This document shows, one piece after another, positions 27,956 through 36,759 of a DNA stretch of 64,000 nucleotides. Made by a program: the position numbers and the translations under genes. Source of the DNA: a virus. The stretch lies in IMG/VR virus record IMGVR_UViG_637000270_000006. The stretch is one strand, 5' to 3'. A model generated the notes under the pieces. The model saw nothing but the letters and a program-made list of their open reading frames with translations. It made no database searches and was not told where the DNA came from. Numbering within the stretch: the first letter of the stretch is position 1; every line of letters begins with the position of its first letter.

Positions 27956-28026
27956 TATAGCGTATGGGGTGATCTTCCGTCAATACGATTGCTGGGTTAC
28001 ACTTGCTCAAAAGAGGAGTAACCCCT

Positions 28027-28361
28027 ATGGGTCAAGTTGCGTTCGATACATTGAAATTCGTTGAAACGCTGGAAACTGCTGGCTTGCCTAAAGATCAGGC
28101 CAAGGCAATTTCGCTTGCGGTTCGTGAATCGCATGAGGCCGTCGATGTTGCTACCAAGCGCGACCTTGAGGACGTACGCAAGGAAATTGACGCCAGATTC
28201 GATAAGGTTGACGCTCGCTTCGATAAGCATGAAGCTCTAATGCAAGCCCGCTTTGACAAAATTGAGGCCCGTTTCGATAAGCTTGGCTTACAGATGACCA
28301 TCCGGCTCGGTTAATGGTCGCTGCCGGTGTCAGTATCATCGCCGCCATTCTCAAAATGTGA
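28027..28361 (+). pseudogene. DUF1640/CCDC90-family protein, frameshift before the C-terminal TM
   Basis: MGQVAFDTLKFVETLETAG; GGT TAA TGG looks like GGT TTA ATG minus one base; TM (MVAAGVSIIAAILKM) continues to TGA 28359. Confidence 0.8.
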
Positions 28362-28469
28362 CGCTGACCTGTGCGCTATAGCGCATGGGTTATCCTTGCG
28401 TCAATGAGGGCGGGGGACTTCTGTTTTTGGTTGCTGTATATGGGCAACAAATTTGCAGATGAATAATAG

Positions 28470-29162
28470 TTATCCAATAACTCGAATTGAGGGAACTAAC
28501 AGATTTGTCGGTATGTAGCAATCAAGTTCAATATCTCTGCAAAACTCTCGAAATTGGTAGATGTTATTAACGCGTGTCTTTTGATACAGATTACATAACC
28601 TGTTTTCTACGGTTCTATGAGAAATTTTTAATCGTTTCGCTGTTTCTTTACTGCTTAATCCATGATAAGTAAAGAATATTACTTCAAGTTCGCGTTCTGT
28701 AAAATAGCTATGAGGCATATTCATGGTTAATGTTATGGGAGATTCGCCATCTGCATATTGCAGAGGTGAGAAAAATCTGCATAGCTTAGCTTCTGCCATA
28801 GTACCAACCACATGGCCCTTATCGTTGAAGAAAGGTTGGATATCAAAAATATAAGGCTGGACAATGTCTTCACGACCAAAAGCAGAGGTAATGAGTAAAG
28901 ATATCGCAGACTTGTTGTCGATCACGTTTTTATCATGTTGGTAAATATCGTCTAAAAATATTGCCATCCAATGATGTATGTCTGTTATCTGCTTACCTTC
29001 AATGTTAAAACCTTTCGGCAAATCCAGTAATTCAGCCATCGCCGGATTGATATAGGCATATCGGTGCTCACTATCTCGAATATGACATGGATTGGGGTTG
29101 TTTTCGCACATATAGATAATCTGATCAGAAATAGCTTCTCGCTTTAGTGCTACACCACTCAT
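28470..29162 (-). CDS. PAS-domain LuxR-family transcriptional regulator
   Basis: PAS fold (PCHIRDSEHRYAYINPA...PFFNDKGHVVG) plus HTH FTERELEVIFF..LSSKETAKRLKISHRTVENR. Confidence 0.9.
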   Translation of the reverse strand: MSGVALKREAISDQIIYMCENNPNPCHIRDSEHRYAYINPAMAELLDLPKGFNIEGKQITDIHHWMAIFLDDIYQHDKNVIDNKSAISLLITSAFGREDIVQPYIFDIQPFFNDKGHVVGTMAEAKLCRFFSPLQYADGESPITLTMNMPHSYFTERELEVIFFTYHGLSSKETAKRLKISHRTVENRLCNLYQKTRVNNIYQFREFCRDIELDCYIPTNLLVPSIRVIG

Positions 29163-29194
29163 TAAAAATCGTCCTTGAAAAGAGATTTAACTAC

Positions 29195-29404
29195 TTAATG
29201 AATGGTCAGTATTGTGTTGTTATTTGTGAAATGATAGCCCGCTATTTCACGCTGAACCAGTCTGTAATTGACAGCGCGTAATACAGATATTTCTTTCTGA
29301 GAACAACCAAAAGAAAAAAGGAATGCTGTTTCAAATTGAACAGGCGTTAGTTCAGGGAAAAGGTTGCGCAGCTCGGGGTACTGTGCGGGGTCAAATACCT
29401 TCAT
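29195..29404 (-). pseudogene. Truncated HTH regulator
   Basis: FPELTPVQFETAFLFSFGCSQKEISVLR resembles LuxR/sigma-region-4 HTH; ends in AT-rich unrelated tail. Confidence 0.5.
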
Positions 29405-29668
29405 GCCGCACCTCCAACGTTCAGGAGGTGATGATGCGGGGGCAGATGCTTCGAGGTAAATGCAAAATGGACAATCTCGCTACGGGTGAACGGTTGCACT
29501 TCCAATGCGCGTGCTGGCGCTGTACTCTTTTTCATAGCTCAAATCCTATATAGGTAGGTTTTGGGTTAGGTGTCTGTTGGGATTCAGAGTCCCTTCAGGC
29601 ACCGCCAAATGCTCATTTCGTTAATGTGGTTGCCAATAAGGCAACCGGCAGGGAGTGCTGAATTGGTA

Positions 29669-30265
29669 TCAGAAAGGGATTGAATCCTCGTAAGCATCGA
29701 CTGGCGGTACGTCGTGGGATGGCTGTCTGCTATATTGCGGACCGTGACGGCGCTCGTCCTTATCCTTGAGCGTAGAAAGCATACTATCGATAGTCTTGGC
29801 ATCTTGGCTTTCGAGACGCTCTTTGATGGTCTGCTTCGTATCAGGATAGAACGGGATACGGATTTCAAAATTGTAGGTGTCTCCGCCGTCCTGCTTGGTG
29901 CGTAAAATCTTCTGCAACAGTAGCCCTACACGTTTCCCTGCGAACTCAGGCACGATAGTTTGGCTGGCGCTGAGTATCTTTTCGCTGATGCTTTTGACTT
30001 CGGTACAGCCCATGATGGCTTGGATCATGTTAACGCCGTAGCTATTGTCCGAGCCGTCTTTCTTGTTGATGCAGACGGAAAGGTATTGGATAAGGTAGCC
30101 GTCTGTTGATTCGCCTGAAAACTCAATGAACGTTGCGCCACTTGGACTTTTCACTACTTTGGCTTCGTCGATAGTGATAATGTAAGCACCGGACTCCTTG
30201 ATAAAGTTGCTCTGGCCTGCGGATATGGCGGCTGATTCGTCGTAGGTAAACAAAGCCTTGCTCAT
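29669..30265 (-). CDS. Phage SSB-like protein (DUF669-like)
   Basis: GAYIITIDEAK OB-like start, acidic C-terminus EDSIPF; downstream of nuclease and ATPase. Confidence 0.6.
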   Translation of the reverse strand: MSKALFTYDESAAISAGQSNFIKESGAYIITIDEAKVVKSPSGATFIEFSGESTDGYLIQYLSVCINKKDGSDNSYGVNMIQAIMGCTEVKSISEKILSASQTIVPEFAGKRVGLLLQKILRTKQDGGDTYNFEIRIPFYPDTKQTIKERLESQDAKTIDSMLSTLKDKDERRHGPQYSRQPSHDVPPVDAYEDSIPF

Positions 30266-30333
30266 GGTATAATTTCCTTTAAATTTAAGATGGTTATAAA
30301 GCTATAGTAGCGATAAAGTGGCTGTGAATACAC

Positions 30334-30972
30334 TCAATTTAGCTCGAAACTTGTTGAACTTACATCATCCTTGATGAGTTCTGGAACATATTTCTTAATA
30401 AATTCAACCAATTCTTCGGCAACGGCCATTACGTCTCTGTGCATATTGGGATATGCATAAAAACTTATCGGCATAAACTGTTTGATGAGATAGGTACCGG
30501 GATTGGCCGCCGGCTGGTATTTACTGAACAAGTTGTAAGTAAATTTTCTTGCACTGAACCAGTCAAGATAGCAGCGCCATTGCAAACTATCGGTATAGTT
30601 CTCTGGGTCTAGAGAGCCGGTAAGCTTGTGGTCGTAGATAGTGGTCGCATCCATAGCATCGACAATGCCGACAAAGGTTACGCGCTCACCATTAACCATT
30701 TGCTGTCTGGTAATTTTCCTCTTTCTTGTTTCTGGTAAAGCTATTTCACTTTCTATTTTACTAAAATCAAAAGTGAACCCGTCCGTTTGCTCGATATTCA
30801 ACTCCCCCAAAGAAGCCTTTTCTAAGACTTTGTGAAAAGCTGACCCTGCGGCCATAGCTTCCGTTGGAGGCGTCTTTTTCAGCAGATAGTTAATAATTTC
30901 ATCCAGTTCTGCATCGGGATTAGCCTTCCATCTGCGGAAGGCTTCAAGATTGGTGGCGGATATCCTGATCAT
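30334..30972 (-). CDS. PD-(D/E)XK exonuclease-like phage protein
   Basis: AAGSAFHKVLE, GIVDAMD..IYDHKL, LQWRCYL. Confidence 0.7.
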   Translation of the reverse strand: MIRISATNLEAFRRWKANPDAELDEIINYLLKKTPPTEAMAAGSAFHKVLEKASLGELNIEQTDGFTFDFSKIESEIALPETRKRKITRQQMVNGERVTFVGIVDAMDATTIYDHKLTGSLDPENYTDSLQWRCYLDWFSARKFTYNLFSKYQPAANPGTYLIKQFMPISFYAYPNMHRDVMAVAEELVEFIKKYVPELIKDDVSSTSFELN

Positions 30973-31604
30973 TACGCTGCCACCTTGATGTATTTACCCT
31001 CGTCTTTATTGAACGAGAATCCTTTACTTTTAGCTATTTCGTTCAAAAGGCGTTTATGCTCTGAAGGTGCTTCCCGGAAATGCTCTACGGCATCCTGAAA
31101 GTCTTCTTCGCTTTCGAGGCATTGTAGGTCAACTCGAAGACGCTGTAGATCTTCTTGGGATTTTCTCGCTTCTTCAGACTGTTTATTTAGCTCTTGCTTG
31201 ATGGTACTGATGATAGCTGATAAATAATCTGGGTATTGACTGAAATGCGGGACTTCTTGAACTAGCAGCTGTGCCGGATTTTTGCCGAAGCCGGAGGCGC
31301 TGGGATTAAAGTCGAGCAATCTTTTTGTATTCTGGCCTGAGCCTTCAATGCGGATTTGTCCCATAACGTCGGCGACTTTGTAAATCTCACCTTTAGAGCC
31401 GCCTTGAATATCAAGACGTTCAACTAAATCCTCTCCAACCTGCTTTTCTTCCATGTGAGCTATCAGGATAATATCTTTACCAAATGATTTAAGCAGATTT
31501 AGCCATCCCGAAAATCCTGCTTTCAAGGCACCGAAACCCTGTAAATGTTGATGCTTCTTCTCAAGATAGTCGTAATATTTATCTTGTGCTAAATAAGGGT
31601 TCAT
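30972..31604 (-). pseudogene. Sak4-like AAA ATPase missing its N-terminus, fused to 16 codons of another gene
   Basis: DIILIAHMEEK, GEIYKVADVMG present, no Walker A; N-terminus MNPYLAQDKYYDYLEK looks like a different phage gene start. Confidence 0.65.
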
Positions 31605-31771
31605 TATGGCCTCCCGGGGCTGCGAAGAAAATCAATCAGACGATCAAGCAAGCTTTTCTTATCGGAAGTCATGACTTTCTTGCCGGTTAATTTATTGTAT
31701 TGATGGTGCTGTATCGACAGCACAGGGTCAAAAGGGCGAGCGGATGTCGCCCCTGCAATAGCGAGGTACAT
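31604..31771 (-). CDS. cIII-like small protein (55 aa)
   Basis: Manual translation MYLAIAGATS...KSLLDRLIDFLRSPGRP resembles lambda/P22 CIII termini; correct position. Confidence 0.5.
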   Translation of the reverse strand: MYLAIAGATSARPFDPVLSIQHHQYNKLTGKKVMTSDKKSLLDRLIDFLRSPGRP

Positions 31772-31823
31772 AGAATTATTCCTTGTGTTATTTGATGGGG
31801 TTTATTGGTTGGCGATGACGCGT

Positions 31824-32176
31824 TTAAATATTAAAATAAGTGTCAGCTACGATGTTTGCCAGTATCTCATGTGCTGGTGATTTCTTTGCCAAGCCTTTTT
31901 CATAGATATCCAGAATTTATTTTTAAAGTCTTTCTCGTCTTCTAAAAGCCATTCCTGCCCTTCAGCCAACGCCTTCCATTTTGCCAGTTCGCCTTTGAGT
32001 GACATAATTTCATCGTTGGCATTTTCTAAGTCTGTGATAAGAGTATCTTTACTTAACTAGCCAAGCATGCCTTCTTCTGTGGCAATGGCCGATAATTTTG
32101 GCGCGTAATTCATTACGGAATCGTCATGGAATAAAACAACTTCTTTTATGCTGTCGCTACAAATGATGTTATTCAT
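31824..32176 (-). pseudogene. Phage hypothetical gene with in-frame TAG
   Basis: ATG 32176, TAG at 32057-32059, frame stays open after it; probable further frameshift near 31920. Confidence 0.45.
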
Positions 32177-32411
32177 AAAGTTGCTCCTTTGGTTTTAACA
32201 TATCAAGAATTTTGTTTAAGGTTTCAGCCTGCACGAATTGAACAGCAATGCACTCAAGAAAAAGGCGGCTGAACATTAGTGCGATAGCTGAAAAGATAAC
32301 TATTTTTGGTTCTGCATCCATGATGCCAATGACAGTGGTTATCCCTGCCGCTATCCATGTCATAATTGAAATGACGTTAATGATTTTCAGTGTCCAGAAG
32401 GTTTTAAACAT
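32169..32411 (-). CDS. Small two-TM membrane protein
   Basis: 80 aa, two hydrophobic segments. Confidence 0.65.
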   Translation of the reverse strand: MFKTFWTLKIINVISIMTWIAAGITTVIGIMDAEPKIVIFSAIALMFSRLFLECIAVQFVQAETLNKILDMLKPKEQLYE

Positions 32412-32557
32412 ATCTTTTTCCTGATAATTTTTTCATGGTGGTCTCCGTGTTAAGTGCCTGATTTGGTGACCCTCTCAGGCGGCGAGGGTTCTCGTGTACC
32501 CCTACAGTGAGAAACTTGATAAACTTTCATCCCCCCTACGAGTTGAGAATAATTGAT

Positions 32558-33040
32558 ATGGATATTTTTTCAGGTGTTGCCGTCGCAAAGCAGGCTTATG
32601 ATTTAGTTAAAATCTTGAAGGAAAGTAGGGATCAGTCGGTTATAGATAAGGCCGCTGGTGCACTACGGGAAAAAATAACTGAATTACAAATGCTTAATGC
32701 TGAGTTGTCTGGCCTTTTCCATGCGGAGCGTCAAATCACAGTGGAGCTTAGAGAGGAAAATACCAAGATCAACATGTTTACTACCCAATCGAGTGAATAC
32801 GAAATACATAAAACGTCTGGGGGGGCGATAGTATACATCCTTAAATCTACTCCAAAGGGAGAGATCCCCCATCACTATCTTTGTGCTCACTGCTACCAGA
32901 ACAGAATAATATCTATACTTCAGCCTACAAAAAATGAGTCTGGGTTTCATATGTCTTACTGCCCTGAATGTAAAAATGAATACAGGATGGATAAGATTAT
33001 AATTGACTATGAAGCAGCTATGCCTCATTCACCTTACTGA
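32558..33040 (+). CDS. Hypothetical coiled-coil plus zinc-ribbon protein in the sieB position
   Basis: Opposite strand between N and cIII region; LCAHCY...YCPEC motifs; AT-rich. Confidence 0.75.
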   Translation: MDIFSGVAVAKQAYDLVKILKESRDQSVIDKAAGALREKITELQMLNAELSGLFHAERQITVELREENTKINMFTTQSSEYEIHKTSGGAIVYILKSTPKGEIPHHYLCAHCYQNRIISILQPTKNESGFHMSYCPECKNEYRMDKIIIDYEAAMPHSPY

Positions 33041-33376
33041 TATGTTGATTGATTTCCTATACCCCGCCTGAAATAATGCCACATTCTCCAAGCAGCACGA
33101 TCTCTCCTCAAATTCCACTACCGCCCCGCGATGTGGATATCTGGCTTTCATGTGCTTCTGGGCGGAAAGGGTGATTTGCTCTTGGTACTGGAATAAATCC
33201 GTTAGATTCATTGGGGATACTGCTTTGTTTATCCTGCTAACTTTTCTCTTAAGATGTAAGGCAGGTCGTTCCAATGGTTTCGCTCTTATGCCAACACGGA
33301 GTGGATTTGCTGCCTTCCACTCAGCCTGTCTAGCTGCGCGTCGTTCTCGGCGACGTGATTGCGAATCATAATGCAT
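33029..33376 (-). CDS. N: Antitermination protein N
   Basis: Arginine-rich motif DSQSRRRERRAARQAEWKAANPL; downstream of nutL. Confidence 0.88.
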   Translation of the reverse strand: MHYDSQSRRRERRAARQAEWKAANPLRVGIRAKPLERPALHLKRKVSRINKAVSPMNLTDLFQYQEQITLSAQKHMKARYPHRGAVVEFEERSCCLENVALFQAGYRKSINISVR

Positions 33377-33488
33377 AGACACCTCCGTCAATAAACTTGG
33401 GTGGTGTGGTGGCCGGTGCTGTTCTTAGGCTTATCCTGATGGACTGCATCATTCACCACACCTCAAAGCTCATTGCCTTGAGATAGTT

Positions 33489-33519
33489 GCCCTTTTTCAG
33501 GGCCGAATTTTTAAGAGCA
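33489..33519 (-). promoter_or_regulatory. nutL (boxA, boxB)
   Basis: Minus strand TGCTCTTAAAAA then GCCCTGAAAAAGGGC. Confidence 0.9.
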
Positions 33520-33831
33520 TGTATCTGATTCAACCGCCGTCATGTTCATACGCCTCAGGCTGGCTACTTAAGCTCAGGCAATCGGCGGGTAACTCGTAGT
33601 CTTGCCTGCCGGGGGATTGCCGTTGCTGCTCCACTGTCGGGCTTGCGCTTGTCTAGTGAGTTGATGGGATAAATATAACCTTTAATTATTTAATTGATTT
33701 AATAAAGGATTGCTGAGATCCTACCTCGTTAGCTCAGCTTGGATTCATAGAAGAGGGAGTGACTCGGGAATGGATAGGGGAAAGATCAATAGTTGCTGAA
33801 TTCACAAAATCAGCCATGTTACATCAGTTAA

Positions 33832-34278
33832 TCAAATGATTTTCTTAATTTTTCTTGCCTCTATGATTTCTTCAAATAGTTGATCAACTTCATCTTTCCT
33901 TTCACTAATTTGGTTTAAAAAGATCTCCTTATCCCTTTTGGGCAGGCTAGAAAACATATCAAGAAGTCTTTCTTCTTCCCTACTCAAATGTCGAGTTTGA
34001 GTAGGCTGTATAGATGCGGATACTTCTGCAATTTTTTCTGCAAGCGTTGGACTAAAATCATTAACACATACACCTAACAATTTAGCAAATTTTGCTGCAT
34101 TGCTCATATTTAAAGGATTTACTCCGTTTAAAAGCTGAGCTACAGCGCTTTGCCTCATACCCAGCTCATAAGCTATCGACTCTTGTGAAAAGCCTAATTG
34201 TTTTTTCTTTGACTCAAAAATGCTCTTGAGCCTCATCGCATCTTCATGCTGTTCAGGACTTAACGGTTTCTTTTTCAT
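33832..34278 (-). CDS. cI: CI repressor (lambda-like HTH, no S24 peptidase domain)
   Basis: MKKKPLSPEQ..RLKSIFESKKKQLGFSQESIAYELG..QSAVAQLLNG..FSPTLA; only 148 aa. Confidence 0.9.
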   Translation of the reverse strand: MKKKPLSPEQHEDAMRLKSIFESKKKQLGFSQESIAYELGMRQSAVAQLLNGVNPLNMSNAAKFAKLLGVCVNDFSPTLAEKIAEVSASIQPTQTRHLSREEERLLDMFSSLPKRDKEIFLNQISERKDEVDQLFEEIIEARKIKKII

Positions 34279-34288
34279 ATAAAAATGA

Positions 34289-34354
34289 TATCACCAATTG
34301 GAATATCTAACAAAAACAGAAGGTGTTGACTTGTGAATAACAAAAAGTTATATT
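34289..34354 (+). promoter_or_regulatory. OR/PR control region
   Basis: OR3-like TATCACCAATTGGAATA at 34289; TTGACT(34326)-N17-TATATT(34349). Confidence 0.7.
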
Positions 34355-34383
34355 TTATCGAGGCAACGATAAGGAGCTATTCA

Positions 34384-34590
34384 ATGGATCGATTAACATT
34401 AAGCCAATATGCATCTTTGCATGGACAAAAGAAAACAGCACAAGCATTAGGCATTTGCCAAGCTGCGATCTGCAAAGCGTTAAAAGCAAGACGGCATATC
34501 ACAGTTACTGTATACGCTAATGGCGAGGTTAAGGCTGAAGAAATCAAGCCCTTCCCGAATCAACGGCATCATGCAGATTTCGCAGCCTAA
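34384..34590 (+). CDS. cro: Cro
   Basis: RLTLSQYASLHGQKKTAQALG..QAAICKAL...KAEEIKPFP matches lambda Cro pattern. Confidence 0.92.
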   Translation: MDRLTLSQYASLHGQKKTAQALGICQAAICKALKARRHITVTVYANGEVKAEEIKPFPNQRHHADFAA

Positions 34591-34600
34591 CTAGTAGTAC

Positions 34601-34631
34601 CGTTCTCTAACATTCCGCCCTGAAGAAGGGC
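34601..34631 (+). promoter_or_regulatory. nutR (degenerate boxA, boxB)
   Basis: CGTTCTCTAACA then GCCCTGAAGAAGGGC. Confidence 0.88.
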
Positions 34632-34724
34632 AGCCATAATCCCACAGTACCAACTCACTGTGACTAGCTCACGGCTTCGTCACGTCTGTTACTTATCTAC
34701 TTATCACACAAAGGATTATCTCCG

Positions 34725-35048
34725 ATGGAGAACGCAAAAACACGCAAAAATTCTGCGGTTGAGTTCATCAGCCGTCACCTCGTTGCATCAGCTTATCAGG
34801 CAATCATGCGCGTTAAGCAAACGAACATAGCCAAATTGCTTGGTGTTCCTGATTCAACCATTCTGCGCCGCTCCGAGAAGCTCACAGAAACGATGAATAT
34901 TCTAGCCGCCAGTGGTGTACAGGATTTCGTTTTCGAGGGTGAGAAGAAGCTACCACTGGAGCAATACCGCTGGCTGATGTCATCGGCTATGGAGTTTGCG
35001 CGCATGCAACTGGAAGCGACATCAGGCGATAAATGTCTTGTCGCATAG
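34725..35048 (+). CDS. cII: CII-like activator
   Basis: Position after cro/nutR; QTNIAKLLGVPDSTILR HTH; CII site in its own 5' end. Confidence 0.75.
   Translation: MENAKTRKNSAVEFISRHLVASAYQAIMRVKQTNIAKLLGVPDSTILRRSEKLTETMNILAASGVQDFVFEGEKKLPLEQYRWLMSSAMEFARMQLEATSGDKCLVA
34734..34747 (-). promoter_or_regulatory. PRE CII-binding site TTGC-N6-TTGC
   Basis: Minus strand TTGCGTGTTTTTGC. Confidence 0.8.
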
Positions 35049-35193
35049 GGGGAAAGAATGAAGCCAATACAAAAGAAAAAGCCTCTGAAGCGGGAACTTC
35101 AAAGGCCATATTTCACAACAAATTACTACCAAATCGAGGAGATAATTATACATGAAGAAACATGATCATTTCAAGCAAGAAGAGGAGCGGTGC

Positions 35194-36369
35194 CAGGGCT
35201 GTTAACTTCTTCCTTCGGCGATAGAAACGGCGTAGTCAAAGTTCAATACATTGCGGTACAGCGTTCGGGAAATGCTTGATACTTTACTCAGAATCATGCA
35301 ATTCAGCGCGATCGAACGCAATCGAGCCAAGATCCCGGGCTGCTGCCGGATAAGGCAGGCGTCCTCAAACAGGGCAACATCTCGAACATGGTGGTTTTGG
35401 TTTTCTATACTCCAATGGCCTCGAATTGCCGCTTGAAACTGTTCTGCATCAAAGAGTGCGGTACTGACTCACCAAGCGGTTTCTGTGCTGACCTCGGCAA
35501 CACCTTTACGTTTGTGCGTCACCTCGCGAGTCACTTTATATTACTGCCTTCACCAGAGGTTGCCAGTTTTGCGGCAACCATCCTGTAGCCGGAACAAACG
35601 TCTGAATCGTGCGTATTTCTATTCGCCCGTGGCCTTTGCCATGGTCGGTATGCTGTTGTGCGGGGGCCTGAAACTTCGGGATCATCTGGCAGACAGCAAA
35701 CAACTCGGGCTGGTTGTCTTTCACTTGAACCAACACGTCAGCACCATGAGCTAAGGCTAGAGAAAGTGTTTTTTTGACAGTGCATGGCATCAAGAGTAAA
35801 GACGCGACCCGATAGGGCCAGCGCCTCGATCAGCGCTTGCGTGGCCGGAATTTCGTTCGTTTTTTCAGGCACCTCTACATGCCCGAGCACAATCAGATCC
35901 AACTGGGCAAAAGCCGACACCAGCTGCCGTGCGCGCGTATCAGTTACTCGAGAGGCACTGCCGCGTAAAGCTTTGCCATCAAGAGCAACGAACTGTGGTG
36001 CCACACCAGACGACGAATATTTTCCGGCATGCTGTCGAAGGGCTTCTTCAAGTCCCTGAACGTCGAGCTTAAGCATAAACCGCCGAATACCTACCCAAGT
36101 CGGAGCTTTCTTCCAGTGCGTGCCAAACAGAGAGTTTAGCTGCTTGAGCCGCTCATTGAGGAAAAGCTCCATTTTCCGTAATGATGTTGCTCCCGACAGC
36201 ACCGCCAGTAATAACCCGAAAAGCAGTGGCTCCAGCGCATAGCGCCTGCCTTTCGCTACGCGCTGATCAACCAGTTCAGAAAAAAGTCCTCCAAACAGCA
36301 TGTTTTCCTCATCGTATCGACGTGAACACTGGAGACGTTAGTACAAATGATATGAAGTTAACAGCCCTG
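35194..36369 (-). mobile_element. ISAs1-family insertion sequence (1176 bp)
   Basis: 16-bp TIR CAGGGCTGTTAACTTC; 10-bp TSD GGAGCGGTGC (35184-93 and 36370-79). Confidence 0.95.
35202..36301 (-). pseudogene. ISAs1 transposase, fragmented
   Basis: VALDGKALRGS, KTNEIP, TLDAMHCQK, VKDNQ, RGHWSIENQNHHVRD spread over three frame segments plus an in-frame TGA. Confidence 0.9.
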
Positions 36370-36759
36370 GGAGCGGTGCTACCTGGATTCACCCGATGGC
36401 ATTGTCGTCGCGGCAGTGAATAACAAATCGTTCGCAGAGCGGTTTATTGACGAGTTCCGATTAGCCAAAGATGGAGTCAAAAATAATGGGCGTCGTTAAG
36501 CAGTTATCGGATTACTAGAAACATCTGATGGTGAATGGTGACAAGAAAACGCCCCCGACATACGGATGCTGGGGGCTTAAGAACACAAGTTATTGAGGTG
36601 CCACTTTAAGTAGCAAAGTAAATATGAGTCACGCTTTGAAAAAGCGCAAGTAAAAACATCATTGTTACCAGCTGGGCTATCCCGGCAACCTTGAACATAT
36701 CGCCCGGCGCATAGCTAAACGCCTGGTGCAAGAATTCCGCAAGTTGAAGGAGCGTCGTC

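Larger units (their letters stand above)
35152..36499 (+). pseudogene. Small phage gene (53 aa) interrupted by ISAs1
   Basis: Removing IS and one TSD gives MKKHDHFKQEEERCYLDSPDGIVVAAVNNKSFAERFIDEFRLAKDGVKNNGRR. Confidence 0.7.

Noticed and set aside
29560-29665. Hairpins (GGTTGCC..GGCAACC; GGGA..TCCC) upstream of the HTH/PAS-LuxR unit as a third C4-like RNA
   Set aside because: No matching a/b target elements found; probably a terminator plus chance structure.
33725-33750. TTAGCTCAGCTTGGAT resembles a tRNA D-arm
   Set aside because: No acceptor, anticodon or T-arm follows; treated as chance.
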